The position numbers were made by a program, and so were the translations under genes. Under the pieces are notes generated by a model. That model was not told the DNA's origin and searched no databases. It worked only from the letters and a program-made list of their open reading frames with translations. DNA of 64,000 nt from Oculina patagonica (taxonomy: Eukaryota). Of the stretch, positions 26,627 through 38,100 are shown piece after piece. The DNA lies in the NCBI RefSeq assembly GCF_052425735.1, contig NC_135761.1, positions 14,694,001 through 14,758,000 on the forward strand. The letters are read 5' to 3'. Every line of letters starts with the position of its first letter. Positions within the stretch are counted from its first letter, which is position 1.

Positions 26627-28631
26627 GATCCGCTGAAATGGCGCTAAAATGGCCAATTTACTAGAGGCTCCATAATTTTTTATTCTTAACGGTTACATTT
26701 CCCCATTTTTTTTATTAATGGAATCAATTCACCAATGAACAAGCTTTGTTCATGGTAAATGGCTTTTCTAAATCGAGATAACAGTGGAGTTATAAGCCTT
26801 TCATTTTGTAGTAAATTTGAGACTGTTCAAAACATCGTTAACATACCTTCGAACTTCTTGCCGTTGATCATCCAAACTCAACATTTGCCGAATCTATTTT
26901 GATATATAGAAAGAAGGAAGATAGTTCTTTATAACTATACCAAGTATGATCGAGAAACTGTGACGGCAGGTTCAGTGTCGAAGTAACAAGAACACCTTGA
27001 TCCGCCATGTTGGCGGGCCGTCACGGACGCTTCAATCGGCCTTCTCGATATTTTCCAAAATAAAAAGAATTGAAACTTTTTAATATCCATTTGGTAGTTA
27101 GGACCCTAAAACAAGACTGCATGCCAATTTTCAGCGAAATCGGTGAGGTACGGTGTCCGCGAACTTTTAAAAAAGCTCGAAAATTATGGAGTATTACACT
27201 TAAATAGAGATCGACTATATTCAGCTTTTTCCAGACAGTTAATCCAACTACAATATAAAACCTTTACCGAAAAATAAATCTGAAATAAATTTGAGCGACA
27301 CATCAAGCAATAATCGAAAGTAGCAGTTTCATCACAAATAACGGTTCATAGCAAATAACGGTGAAAACAATGAAGATACTAAAAGAATTAGATGAGTTAC
27401 AGAGGATTACGTTTCTGTGCCTTGCTGAATTCTTTAATTTTTACCAAAAGGATGACGTCGGTCATGTTGGATAAAAACATATCCATCGCGCAAGCGTAAT
27501 GATCTACAAACAATTATGACCGAACGTCAAACGCTTGGTTACGGCTGTACAAATTGTAGCTTTTACCTGCTAGTGTCTCAGTAAAAACGCAAATGAGAAT
27601 AGCCATAATTTATACTATGAAGTGTTACTGACAAGAACAAAACAACAGTCCTTACACTTGGTAATTGGTAATAAATCAATTGGTAATAATCTTACAAGAT
27701 TAAAAGTGATCGTGGATATGCATCCTTTACTTTGTAAGATAAACAATTATGCTAGGTGATAACTAGTACTCAAATGCATGAGATGCCAAGAAAATCTGCT
27801 GTGAACATTTCAAGGCTTGTTGACTTGATGATATGTGTCGAGATGATTTTACTTCTTGAATGACCTTTAAAGAAAAGAAACGAAAATTAGCAGGACATTT
27901 AAACAAAACAAACTAGCCATGGAAATTTGACTTGCGAGTGTGATACTACGAAGGTCTTCCCGCCATTATTATGTGAACACTTGTTACATGAAAATTGACA
28001 TTTTCACGCGTAAATGGGCTCGCTGATCGGTTTCCATCTGATAGTCCTCTAGAACGCACTCAAATTGTTATCAATTTAACAGAGCACTTGCAACAGTTTT
28101 CTCTAACGCAAAATTCCTTGATAAGTTTAGTTGACAGCTGCCAGAATGAATGTTATTAACATGAATGATTGTAAATCTCTTACCGAATGTGATAACTGAT
28201 CATTCATTTCACGGTGTTGTGTCAGTTTTAGCTCCAGTTCCCTTGATCGCAACAAGATTAATTCGATAATGCTATAATTTCCATTTATGGCTTTTTTCGG
28301 CTCTTAGAGCAGCTCACTTCTTACAATAAAAACCCGTGGTCAAGTATCGAAATCAGGAGTCGCTTCCTTAAGAGTACCTGTCGTTAACTAGTACTTAATT
28401 GTTTAAGATACCTAGGGCACCTGCAGAGCATATTTCAAGGATTGTTGATTTCAGGAGATGTGTCGCGATGCCTGCTAACAGATACGGTTTTGTAAATTCG
28501 CTGTCGACCAAAGGAATACAAAAATAGAACAATTGTGAAATATAATTGCTAAGGGCGATTGGAAAAAGAAAAACAGCGATGAAACTTGGATATGTACGTG
28601 GAATCACATGGGCTTGTTCTAGCAATTGAAT

Positions 28632-31600
28632 ATGAAGGCACTGTGGACGTATAGAGTGGGTCCAGTCTTGTTTTGTCTCGCTATCATATTTCGCATTTCG
28701 TTCACAGGTAAGTTCATAAGACATACAAAGAAAGAAGAAAATAGTAAGTAATGAATGCCAAACGTGATGAAAAACAGGTTAAGATTTGTTTCCGCGAACA
28801 AAGAATAGAGCCAATTTGCGTTATGTGTAGGATGGAACAAGTTATAGTAGGATGGCCCCCGGATTGAACAAATTATTGCAAACCAACGCCTACTTTCGCG
28901 CTCTAACTAAGCCTCTTAGAAGAGCAATTTATACCTTTATGATTTAATTTAACGCCAATATGACACCATGAAACGAATGTAATTAAAACAACGCTCGTTC
29001 TTTGCAGCTTTATTGTCTCTACGTTTCACACTAGTACAATCGTAAATAATAGGGCTAATACCGCCATTATTGCCAAAATGCATGCGAGTAAGAAAAACGA
29101 ACAAACAAGAAAACATTATTTTATCTTTAGGACTTGCTCGCCAATTTCCTGGAGCTAATGGATTTCGCCAAACGAACGAAGAAAGCGTGTCAAAGATTCC
29201 TTCAGTATACCGTCTCCTGAAAGGCCTGAATGCAGCAAAGCAGGTACTTACAAGTGGCAATGCTGCGACCTTCCAACAGGATGACGAAAATGCTAAAAAC
29301 GGTCTTTGGAGACACCCAATTTTTTATAATATTTTCTCAAATCGCAAGAAATCTATCCACAAGATGCTTCATAGGATATTGAATACAAGTGCCCACCTCA
29401 AGCAAGACAGTCATCTATCAACAAAATTCAAATCCAGGGATAGTAGCGAGAAAAAAGGAACTTTCAAGATTTCCGATGAGGCAGTAACTGGGAAAGGTGA
29501 ATACACTATATCACCTGACCAGACAGACGTTGGAATAAAAATGAAACTTAGAATAAATAAACAGCAACCAAAGCAACCACAACAACCGCAGCAGCCGCCA
29601 CATGAACCACAGCAACCGCAGCAACCACAGCAACCGAAGCGACCGCAGCAACCACAGCAACCGCAGCAGCCGCAGCAACCGCAGCAACCGCAGCAGCCGC
29701 ATCAACCACAGCAGCCGCAGCGACCGCTGCAACCACAACAACCACAGCAGCCACAGCAACCGCAGCGACCACAGCAACCACAGCAACCACAGCAACCACA
29801 GCAACCACAGCAACCGCAGCGACCACAGCAACCGCAGCAGCCGCAGCAACCGCAGCAGCCACAGCAGCCACAGAAGCCACAGCAACCGCAGCGACCGCAG
29901 CGACCACAGCAACCACAGCAGCCACAGCAACCACAGCAACCACAGCAACCGCAGCAGCCGCAGCAACCGCAGCAACCGCAGCAGCCGCAGCAGCCACAGC
30001 AGCCGCAGCGACCACCACATGAACCACAGCAACCACAGCAGCCACAGCAACCACAACAACCACAGCAACCACAGCAGCCGCAGCAGCCACAGCAGCCGCA
30101 GCGNNNNNNNNNNNNNNNNNNNNNNNNNNNNNNNNNNNNNNNNNNNNNNNNNNNNNNNNNNNNNNNNNNNNNNNNNNNNNNNNNNNNNNNNNNNNNNNNN
30201 NNNNNNNNNNNNNNNNNNNNNNNNNNNNNNNNNNNNNNNNNNNNNCAGAACCCGCAGCAGCCACAGCAACCGCAGCAACCACAGCAGCCACAACGTCCAG
30301 AGCAACTGCAGCAACCACGGCAACCACAGCAACCGCAGCAGCCACAGCAACCACAGCGACCGCAGCAACCACAGCAGCCACAACGTCCGCAGCAACCACA
30401 GCAACCACAACAACCGAAACCAACAATGGTTACAACTACAAAGTCATCTCCCTCTACAACAACGCCTAAAATGTGCCTGGTTCCTTGTAACACGACATTG
30501 AAACCTTCCACTGCAGATTGCATTCGTACGTAAATTTTGCACTCAATTTTGAACATTATTATGGGTATACCGGTTGAATAGCTAACTACATAACTTTGCG
30601 TTACTATATACCACACGTTGCCTTTAACATAAAATGCCAAGTTGGGATAGCAGTGTAGCAATGCTTGCTGTAAGCTATCACTTATGATGTTTTGGTCCTT
30701 GAGTTAGGTTACCGTATACCTTTGCGGGGATTTAGAAATTTTTTGGGTTTTTTTTCCCGTATTTTTATTATTAAATTTAATATTTTTTAAAAAATTTTTT
30801 TTTTTTGAGCGGGGCCATATTTCAAATTAATGCAAAATCAAGGAAAATCGTGTTGATAACAGTACATTTTTGTTGTCATCCCAGAACAAACGTAAGTTGA
30901 TTATTTTACAGTATGTGTACAGCGCATTTGAACATTATAGTATGAAAAATGCGCTATATGCTTATTCGAGAAAATTGATTATCATTATTATCATATATCA
31001 TTAATGTTAAATTAAGTGTTTTACTTGGCTTTTCTGCCTAGATGGTCCTACGGACGCCTTCGTGTGAATTTTAGAATAAAACGAATGAAACGTCTTAAGA
31101 GTATTAATTCAAACAGTAAACCTGTTACTTTAGTAAACAGAAGGCAAAATAGATGACGTCCCATTCCAGTTTATTATTGAGCAAAGTTCCTCTCTTTGTA
31201 ATCCACTTTGCTTCTTTCTCAGCTTCGCAGTTTGAACAAGATGCCCTCAGCATACACAATAGATATCGAGCCGTCCACAATGCGCCTGCTTTGACTCTGA
31301 ACTGTGAAATGAGCAAGAAAGCTGCTGCCCATGCGCAGAAGCTAGCAGACCTGGACACTCTTGTACAATCTGGTTATACGGAAAGACCAGAGCAAGGAGA
31401 AAATCTTTCTCTTGGTTGCTACGAAAATAGAGAGGAGACGGCAGAGGAAGCAATAAAAGGGTGGTATGTAGAAATGGAAAGTGTATGTAATGGAAAGGAA
31501 TTTTAAGACATCCAATAATCACATTGGGCTTTATACATGATGTCCTCCTCGTTTTTAACTCAATTCGATTTGTAACACCAAAATTCTTTGCTTCCAGTAA

Positions 31601-32500
31601 GTTTGACGGCTTTTGGTTCCACTAAGAGGAAATCTAAGTACTAAAGGATCTTAGTCTGGAAATGCTCATCTCAATAAGCCACCAAAGTTTGAATACATGC
31701 TCATTGATTCAATTTGATTATTAGGGTTAGTAGGTTCCAATAGGGTATATCGGTTAAAGACATTTTGGACCAGTTTAAGTCTACAGAACAATTAACTTCA
31801 TATAAAGGTGGTAAGCTTGAAACAGTTCAAGATCAATCATGAAACAGTGTTAAATGGTGTCATGGACATGGAGTTGCCATTCCTTTCGTATCAAAACTTC
31901 TTGTTTGTTTTTCTTATACTCTTACAGAGTTCCCTGACAATAAGCACTACCCAGTGAATAAGTAAGAAAGCGGATAGTTCAGGAATAAAGTAAAACCTTT
32001 GTACTTTCACATTTCAAGATCACTCATGACTTGGTGTGTAATGTTGTCATGGAGTTGCCATCCCTATCGTTCTGAAACGTCTTGGCTGCCTTCTTTATAC
32101 TCTTACAGCGTTCCCTGACTCTTTCACTACCCAATGAGTTAGAAAGAAGGCGAGTAACTCCGGAATGAAATAAATCCCTTTGTACTTTCACAGGTTCGAT
32201 GAAGTGTGTCAGTACACGTTTGGTAAACAAGGCCCTCAACCAGGTACCAGTCATTTTTCACAGCTGGTTTGGAAGAATAGTACGGAGCTGGGTATAGGAA
32301 AAGCTTTCAATAAGCAATCTAATGGAGCAACCTGCACCTTCATTGTGGCACTTTATAAGCCTCAAGGAAACTTTGTGAGGAGCGACAATGCGTACTTGAA
32401 AAATATCGAGAAGGGTTCATTTGATGAGAGTTACTGCAAGAATATAATGAAAGCGGGCTTGGAAGGAGGATATGGCTTCAAGAGATTTCAAAACAATTAG
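28632..32500 (+). CDS. CAP-C: secreted CAP/SCP protein with shared beta module and long (PQQ)n repeat, ~670 aa (spans an assembly gap)
   Basis: Exons 28632-28707 (MKALWTYRVGPVLFCLAIIFRISFT), 29131-30525, 31223-31463 (HNRYR, GENL), 32194-32500 (WFDEVC, SHFSQLVW). Confidence 0.88.
29562..30420 (+). repeat. Coding 9-bp minisatellite (CCRCAGCAR)n encoding PQQ/PQR
   Basis: Directly visible; interrupted by the N gap. Confidence 0.95.
30104..30244. other. Assembly gap (141 N)
   Basis: Run of n characters inside the PQQ repeat. Confidence 1.
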
Positions 32501-32744
32501 CTTGTGAAAGCAGTATATCAAGTTGTAGCTAGGTTTATCTGATCATTTTATCCTCACTGTTTGATTTGTAACAGACCTGACGGTTGGTTCAGGGTAGTTG
32601 TGAAATAAGATGTTGATATTTATCAAATACATCACCAGAAAAAAATGGTCCTGACTTTGTCTTGTAGCTTTAGCCTGCAATCTCTTACAAGAAGAAGTTC
32701 ACCTGGCCATGACCAACAGAGTTATGACCTATGTGACAATTGAC

Positions 32745-33068
32745 ACACAGTCGCACTCTGGCTATAGTGGCACATCGTCTGCCCCGGAACTTATCCCGGT
32801 TTTTCGTATCATAAAACAACTAGGAATACTGCTTCCCTCCCTGAAGGGGATGGTAGTCCAGTCAAAGTAACCACTTCCTGAGCATTCTGAAAGGCAGCCT
32901 TAATTGTTAATCGCTACTCATTTATGCTTCTGGGTTGAGTGAGGCACTGTGAGAGCTAAAGTGTCTTGCCCAAGAACTCAACAATCCGATTACCCTTGTC
33001 AGGGTTCAACGTCTGACTGCTGAAACTAGAGCTCCGCGCGTTAACCCATAATAAGGGCACCTCGCCTG
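32745..33068 (-). mobile_element. Degenerate tRNA-derived SINE downstream of CAP-C
   Basis: GAGGCACTGTGAGAG..AAAGTGTCTTGCCCAAGAAC and CTTATCCCGGTTT are reverse complements of the SINE core and tail. Confidence 0.7.
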
Positions 33069-33789
33069 CCACTTGTTAGCCCAGTAATAATCTCATTAGT
33101 ATCAAACAAAGACATAGTCTTTTTATCGTCAGGAGGGTAAATTAAGGTGCATTAACTGGTCACATTTAAATACGTTGATAGTAATACTCAAGGTTTTGAC
33201 AAGAATAAAAAGTTTTGTTTTTGACAAAATTTGTAGCTCTATGAGAGCGGAGCTCGAATGTCTTTCAGATTAGATCAGGCTAATGCGATGGAAGATTGCA
33301 ATAATGATGGGCCAAAAATGATCGGCCTACTTTGCCAATACATTATTTTCTATCGAAGTGGGTTGTGAATGCATTTCTATGAATTCTATTGTTTGGCGAT
33401 CTGTTTTCAACATCCTCTTCATCTTCATCTTTTTTAATCTTTTTGCTGCTTTTAAAGTGCAAATGGGGAATGCTAGACCTTTGCTGAGTGGGCGTCCTGA
33501 AAGTCATTGGGGCTACTGCAGCAATTGTGGGCTACCAAATCACATTGTTTTAGTTTTTCATTTACCGTTTTATTTGTTGGACGAAAAAGGCAACATCCTA
33601 TTATGAAGTTTTTGTTTGGACACTGTTGCGAACCTTAATATTCTTTACACAGGACCGTTTACTTAGTCTTTTCGCCCAAGCCTATAATACCTCAAGAAAA
33701 CCATCACAGGCTGCGGTGGACACGAGGAGCGATCCAGGGACTGGTGTGAAAAAAGTGCTCCTGGTATCTCCTCATTTCAAACGTCGCCT

Positions 33790-33986
33790 CTTTAACGAGG
33801 TACTCCCTCTATAACGGACACTTTCGAGAGCACCATTTGGTGTCCGTAAAAGAGAACGTCCGTAGTAGCGAGAGTCAGTATTTTCAGTAATTCTTATTCG
33901 CCGACTCCTGTCGACCCCTGTCTGTAATTCTGTAATAACGGGATGTCCGTTATAGCGAGGTGTCCGCAAGGCGAGAGTTGACTCTA
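33790..33986. mobile_element. Degenerate CAGTC-type MITE fragment
   Basis: CTATAACGGACAC ... GTCCGTTATAGCGAGGTGTCCG..GAGAGTTGACTCTA resembles the termini of the 54637 element. Confidence 0.45.
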
Positions 33987-34814
33987 TTCGATTCTCGGGA
34001 AAGGACTTTCTTATATTGTTCATTATCAAAAATGGAATCACGATGAGAAAATATCAAGTACTGAGAAACAATTCGAACTAAAAACTTGAATAAACAGCTT
34101 GTAGGTCCAGTAGAAGAAAACTGCCCGATGAAACATAAACATTTCAAAGTGGAGATGTAATCTGAGGACGGATAATCTTTTCATATTGCCTTAACAATGA
34201 AGCACCCGGTGTCAGCTTACGTATGAAAGAGTATCAAACACTGCGATCAATGGTGTTCAACAAAGCGTCCTATCTTCAGTTGCTTCATTAACACCATTAG
34301 AGGCCCTTGAGATTTTCCCGCTTGATGTAATTCCGTTTTTCACTCAAAAAGGAACAGGCATATCATTTGTCACTGCAGAAAAACGGTTATCAGTACAGCA
34401 AATCGTTAAGAGGTATGTTTGCCAGGTTATTATCACTGTTTCATATAAAGGTAGCTCGGTAATAAGCTTTTACAAACAAAAGTAGCCCTTATTTGCTACT
34501 TCATTTAACATTTCAGGATAGCTGACAAAATCGAAATAACTTGTAGGTCATGAACTGAAATTTTATAAATTGTAGAAAGTTATATATACCAGTAATATTC
34601 CTGCCTAGAGATAAGTGGCTTGAACTTTAGACCTTCTTGGGGGAAAATTGTTCAAAAATACATTGGCTAAATATTTGCTATCCTTCGCGTAATCAGTTAT
34701 GGGTGCTGGCTGGCAAGAACGTTTAATTAGCACTTGCTTTTCTTCCATATTGCGACAACTAGGTATCCAAGTATCAAATCAGCTGAAGAGAAAAGAGGGC
34801 TTTGACAGCCGAAG

Positions 34815-35154
34815 ATGAAAACTACAATTGGGATGGCATGTGTCATCATCTACATATTGCCGTTTCTAATTGGTATGTTGACAAACATTAGTATATCATA
34901 TTAAAGACCACTTAAAAAGTAAGTACTGGTTATTACAGACTAACAAACACACGATGTTTTTATTTCACTGCTTGTAAGGTACAGTATACTGTCAGATATC
35001 TTATTCATTAAAATTTATCCTTAAGCAGTATTTAGTAAATAAACCCCTTCAGGCGGCTGGTATATTGGAGGATAATGCCCGAGGCTGAAAGATTGTACAA
35101 AAAATGAACAGTTGGCCGAGAAGCGTAGCTTCGAGGGCAACTGTGAAATTTTGA

Positions 35155-35185
<31 letters not shown>

Positions 35186-38100
35186 CAATACACCAGCAAG
35201 CCAGAAAGGGGTTTATTTATTTTATAACCCTCCGATTAATTTCTTCATCGCGCTTTATCGCCAGTAAATTTATAGGAAAAAACCTACGTAATAAACTCGG
35301 CGTAACTGTGGTTGAAACAAATGTAAGTTGATTGGTTTACGTAGTTTTATAACTGTAAATTCATTAAAAGTTAGAATTGAATAAGGTGACTTCATTCGTT
35401 TGTTTTGTGTTTGCCTACAAAATCGAGCGACGGATATCAAATCGGACGGGGTATATTCGCTGATACCCGTCGTCCGATTTTGTGCCACGTGATGCGGTTT
35501 TTTCCAATGAGCGCGCGCGAAAATTAATCGGTGGGTTATAATGTCAGATTATCTCATTCATTGAAATTCATCCTTAAGCAGTATTTAGAAATATTTTTTG
35601 TGGTGTTGGTTTGCTCATCTAGTTATATCGAAGTTATACCTTACGTCAAAGTTTAATATTAAGTTTCAGGGCCATAATTTTCTTCCTTCTTGAATGATAA
35701 ATAACTAAACTATAAAATTCAAAAATACAATCCCTCCTAGACTTTAAAACGCCAAAAAACAGTACCTCCTAATTGTTAAATGTTCTTAAAACAGCAGGTG
35801 AAAAACATGTTTGCGTGAATAAATATTCCAGTGAAGCCGAGTTTGTTTTTCCAGATACATTATTTGGCGTGTTCTTAATTAATTGTTGACTACAATTTCC
35901 CATGACTATGCCTTTGTCTAGTTATTTTTTTTCACTGTTTCATTCTTGTGAAAAACGCGAAACATGGAATCTCCAATATATTATATTACCTGGTTGTTAA
36001 TCGATGTATCCACGAGACTCTATTAAAATAAGAAAGTCCCATGTAGCTTTACGTGTTTTTAACAGTATTTGCAGCTCAGATATGTTTTATTCTATGTATA
36101 GAAACCCTTCTATGAAATGCATAATCTGTCGTGAATTCACATTGTTCTCTTTGTGCTCTTTCTATTCGAAGTTGCGGTGCATGCTAGTGAACCCTCGAAG
36201 GGAGAAAAGAGACAGAAGCTTGGTTTTAAACCTGTGCATTTCGCTGCCGTTGGCCTTCCATTGGGAGACACACCATCAAATGGAGGAGATCAAAAAACAG
36301 GAGCTTTTAAAATCGACGATGGTAACGTTGTTGGTATGTGTTGATCTTGTTGTAGAAAATTGCTTTAGCAATGGTTGTGGTTTGGCGCCAGTGTCTTGAA
36401 ACCTTTAATATATAAATATCAGCCTTGGCTATATCCTTAGCAAATAGCGTTGGTGTTGCGTTGCTAGACATTATGATACTGATTTTCGTTCCCGCGCTGG
36501 AAACAAGTTTTCGATCCACCTTTATCGTCGATAGACAGAAAAGATATCAGTAATAGTATAAAAATAGTATTACGTAAAATTGATTCTCTATGCTGTACTA
36601 GGCACCGTGCAGGCTTAAATAGCGAGACAAGGGCCCGGGCATATTTCAAATGCTGATGTTAGCTCGAAATTTGAGGGATAAAGTCTGACTGATTTACGGT
36701 AATAGGCTTTTTGGAGAGGTCCCATTTCCCCCTGAGGGGAAATATAGTCTTCATTTGTTCATTTTTCGAGATAAGGCCAGAAATTTATTGATAAATTATT
36801 TTTATTGAAAGCTAAAGGTTTGTCTTTAATGATATAATTGGAAAAGTCACAATCGTTTTCCTGCCAAGAGATTAAATAATAAGTAATATTTCCGAGTCCG
36901 TATTATATATAAATAATATTACATTATCAAAAGGTAATGAGCTCACTTCTGTTAAATTTGTATCAATTATGCAGGTGCAGGCACTTATGAGATCCAACCC
37001 GATGGCGTTGACGTTGATATAAGCTTGAAAATTTCCACTAACGAGCAAGGGAAACCTGGTGGAGGACCGGCAGCAGGGGGAGCACCCGGAGCAGGCGGGG
37101 GACCAGGTGCGGGCGGTGGACCGGGTGCAGGTGGAGGACCGGAGGCAGGCGGGGGACCAGGTGCGGGGGGAGGACCCGGAGCGGGGGGGGGACCAGGCGC
37201 AGGAGGTGGTCCAAAGCCCGCACTGTGTCCTGTACCTTGTTCACAAACAAGACCAACTGGCGCAGTTACGGCACCTATTTCCCCTACAACGGGTGTTGGC
37301 GGAGGAGGAACGGCTGGGCCTAGTGGCCCCACACCCACACCGGGAGTCACTTTAGGACCTACAACCGGAGCAGGGGCTGCAACCACTCCACCTGCTGGAA
37401 CAGCAGGACCTACAACCGGAGCGGGGGCTGCCACCACTCCACCTGCTGGAACGCCTGGACCTACAACTGGAGCGGGGGCTGCCACCCCACCACCAAGTGG
37501 CGGCGGTGGAGGTAACAGGATGTTTCTGTTTTACTGGTTATGTTAATACGTGTTTTGCATCCAATTAAAATTACACCTAGACCGGACACCTATTTTGAGA
37601 AGATGGTCTCCCACAATGTGGGTCGTCAGTTAGGAAGGCATGAACCACATAAAAAAATAATCACGATGTAATCCTCGGAAATATATAGTCTTGCTTTTAG
37701 TTTTCGGAAAACTAAAGAAATTAACTGTCCACTTGCATTCTTACTCTGCATTCAAACATGGACTAAGTTTTGATCACGTGCTTCAGCTTTACCTCTGTGT
37801 TCTTCTCTAGAGCAAGATCACTCAGAGAGCAAAGCTTTCTTGTTCCCCTCACCGATACTTTATTAACGGCGTTTAATACGATCCAACACAAGGTAAATTT
37901 TAGTTCCTTTAAAGGTTTTAAGTGGAGACAGCTTGGCAGTCTCCACTCAAGATAATTGTCATCTTCTAGTCGGTAATTTATAATCAATGAACCTAAACCT
38001 TTATTCAACATCCAGGAAAGACAAAAAATCTTTACGCAGGCTTGTAAAAAGGCAAACACATTATGGGTGCAAAGATGTTTACTCTGAGGGTCATTAGAGA

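Larger units (their letters stand above)
20947..27159. mobile_element. 6.2-kb non-autonomous foldback element with kb-scale inverted arms
   Basis: CGGACACCGTACCTCACCGATTTCGCTGAAA at 20950 and its reverse complement ending at 27159; left arm 20950-22936 is mirrored within 24557-27159; CGAACTTT at 20939-20946 and 27160-27167 is a candidate 8-bp target-site duplication; no transposase ORF. Confidence 0.8.

Noticed and set aside
29511-30661. Long alternative-frame ORFs (poly-LLW, VAA, CCG, HSN/RSS)
   Set aside because: Shadow frames of the 9-bp PQQ minisatellite; only the PQQ frame connects to the signal and CAP exons. The Cys-Gly frame is not a metallothionein.
36985-37485. Minus-strand Pro-rich ORF resembling collagen/extensin
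   Set aside because: Antisense shadow of CAP-D exon 3.
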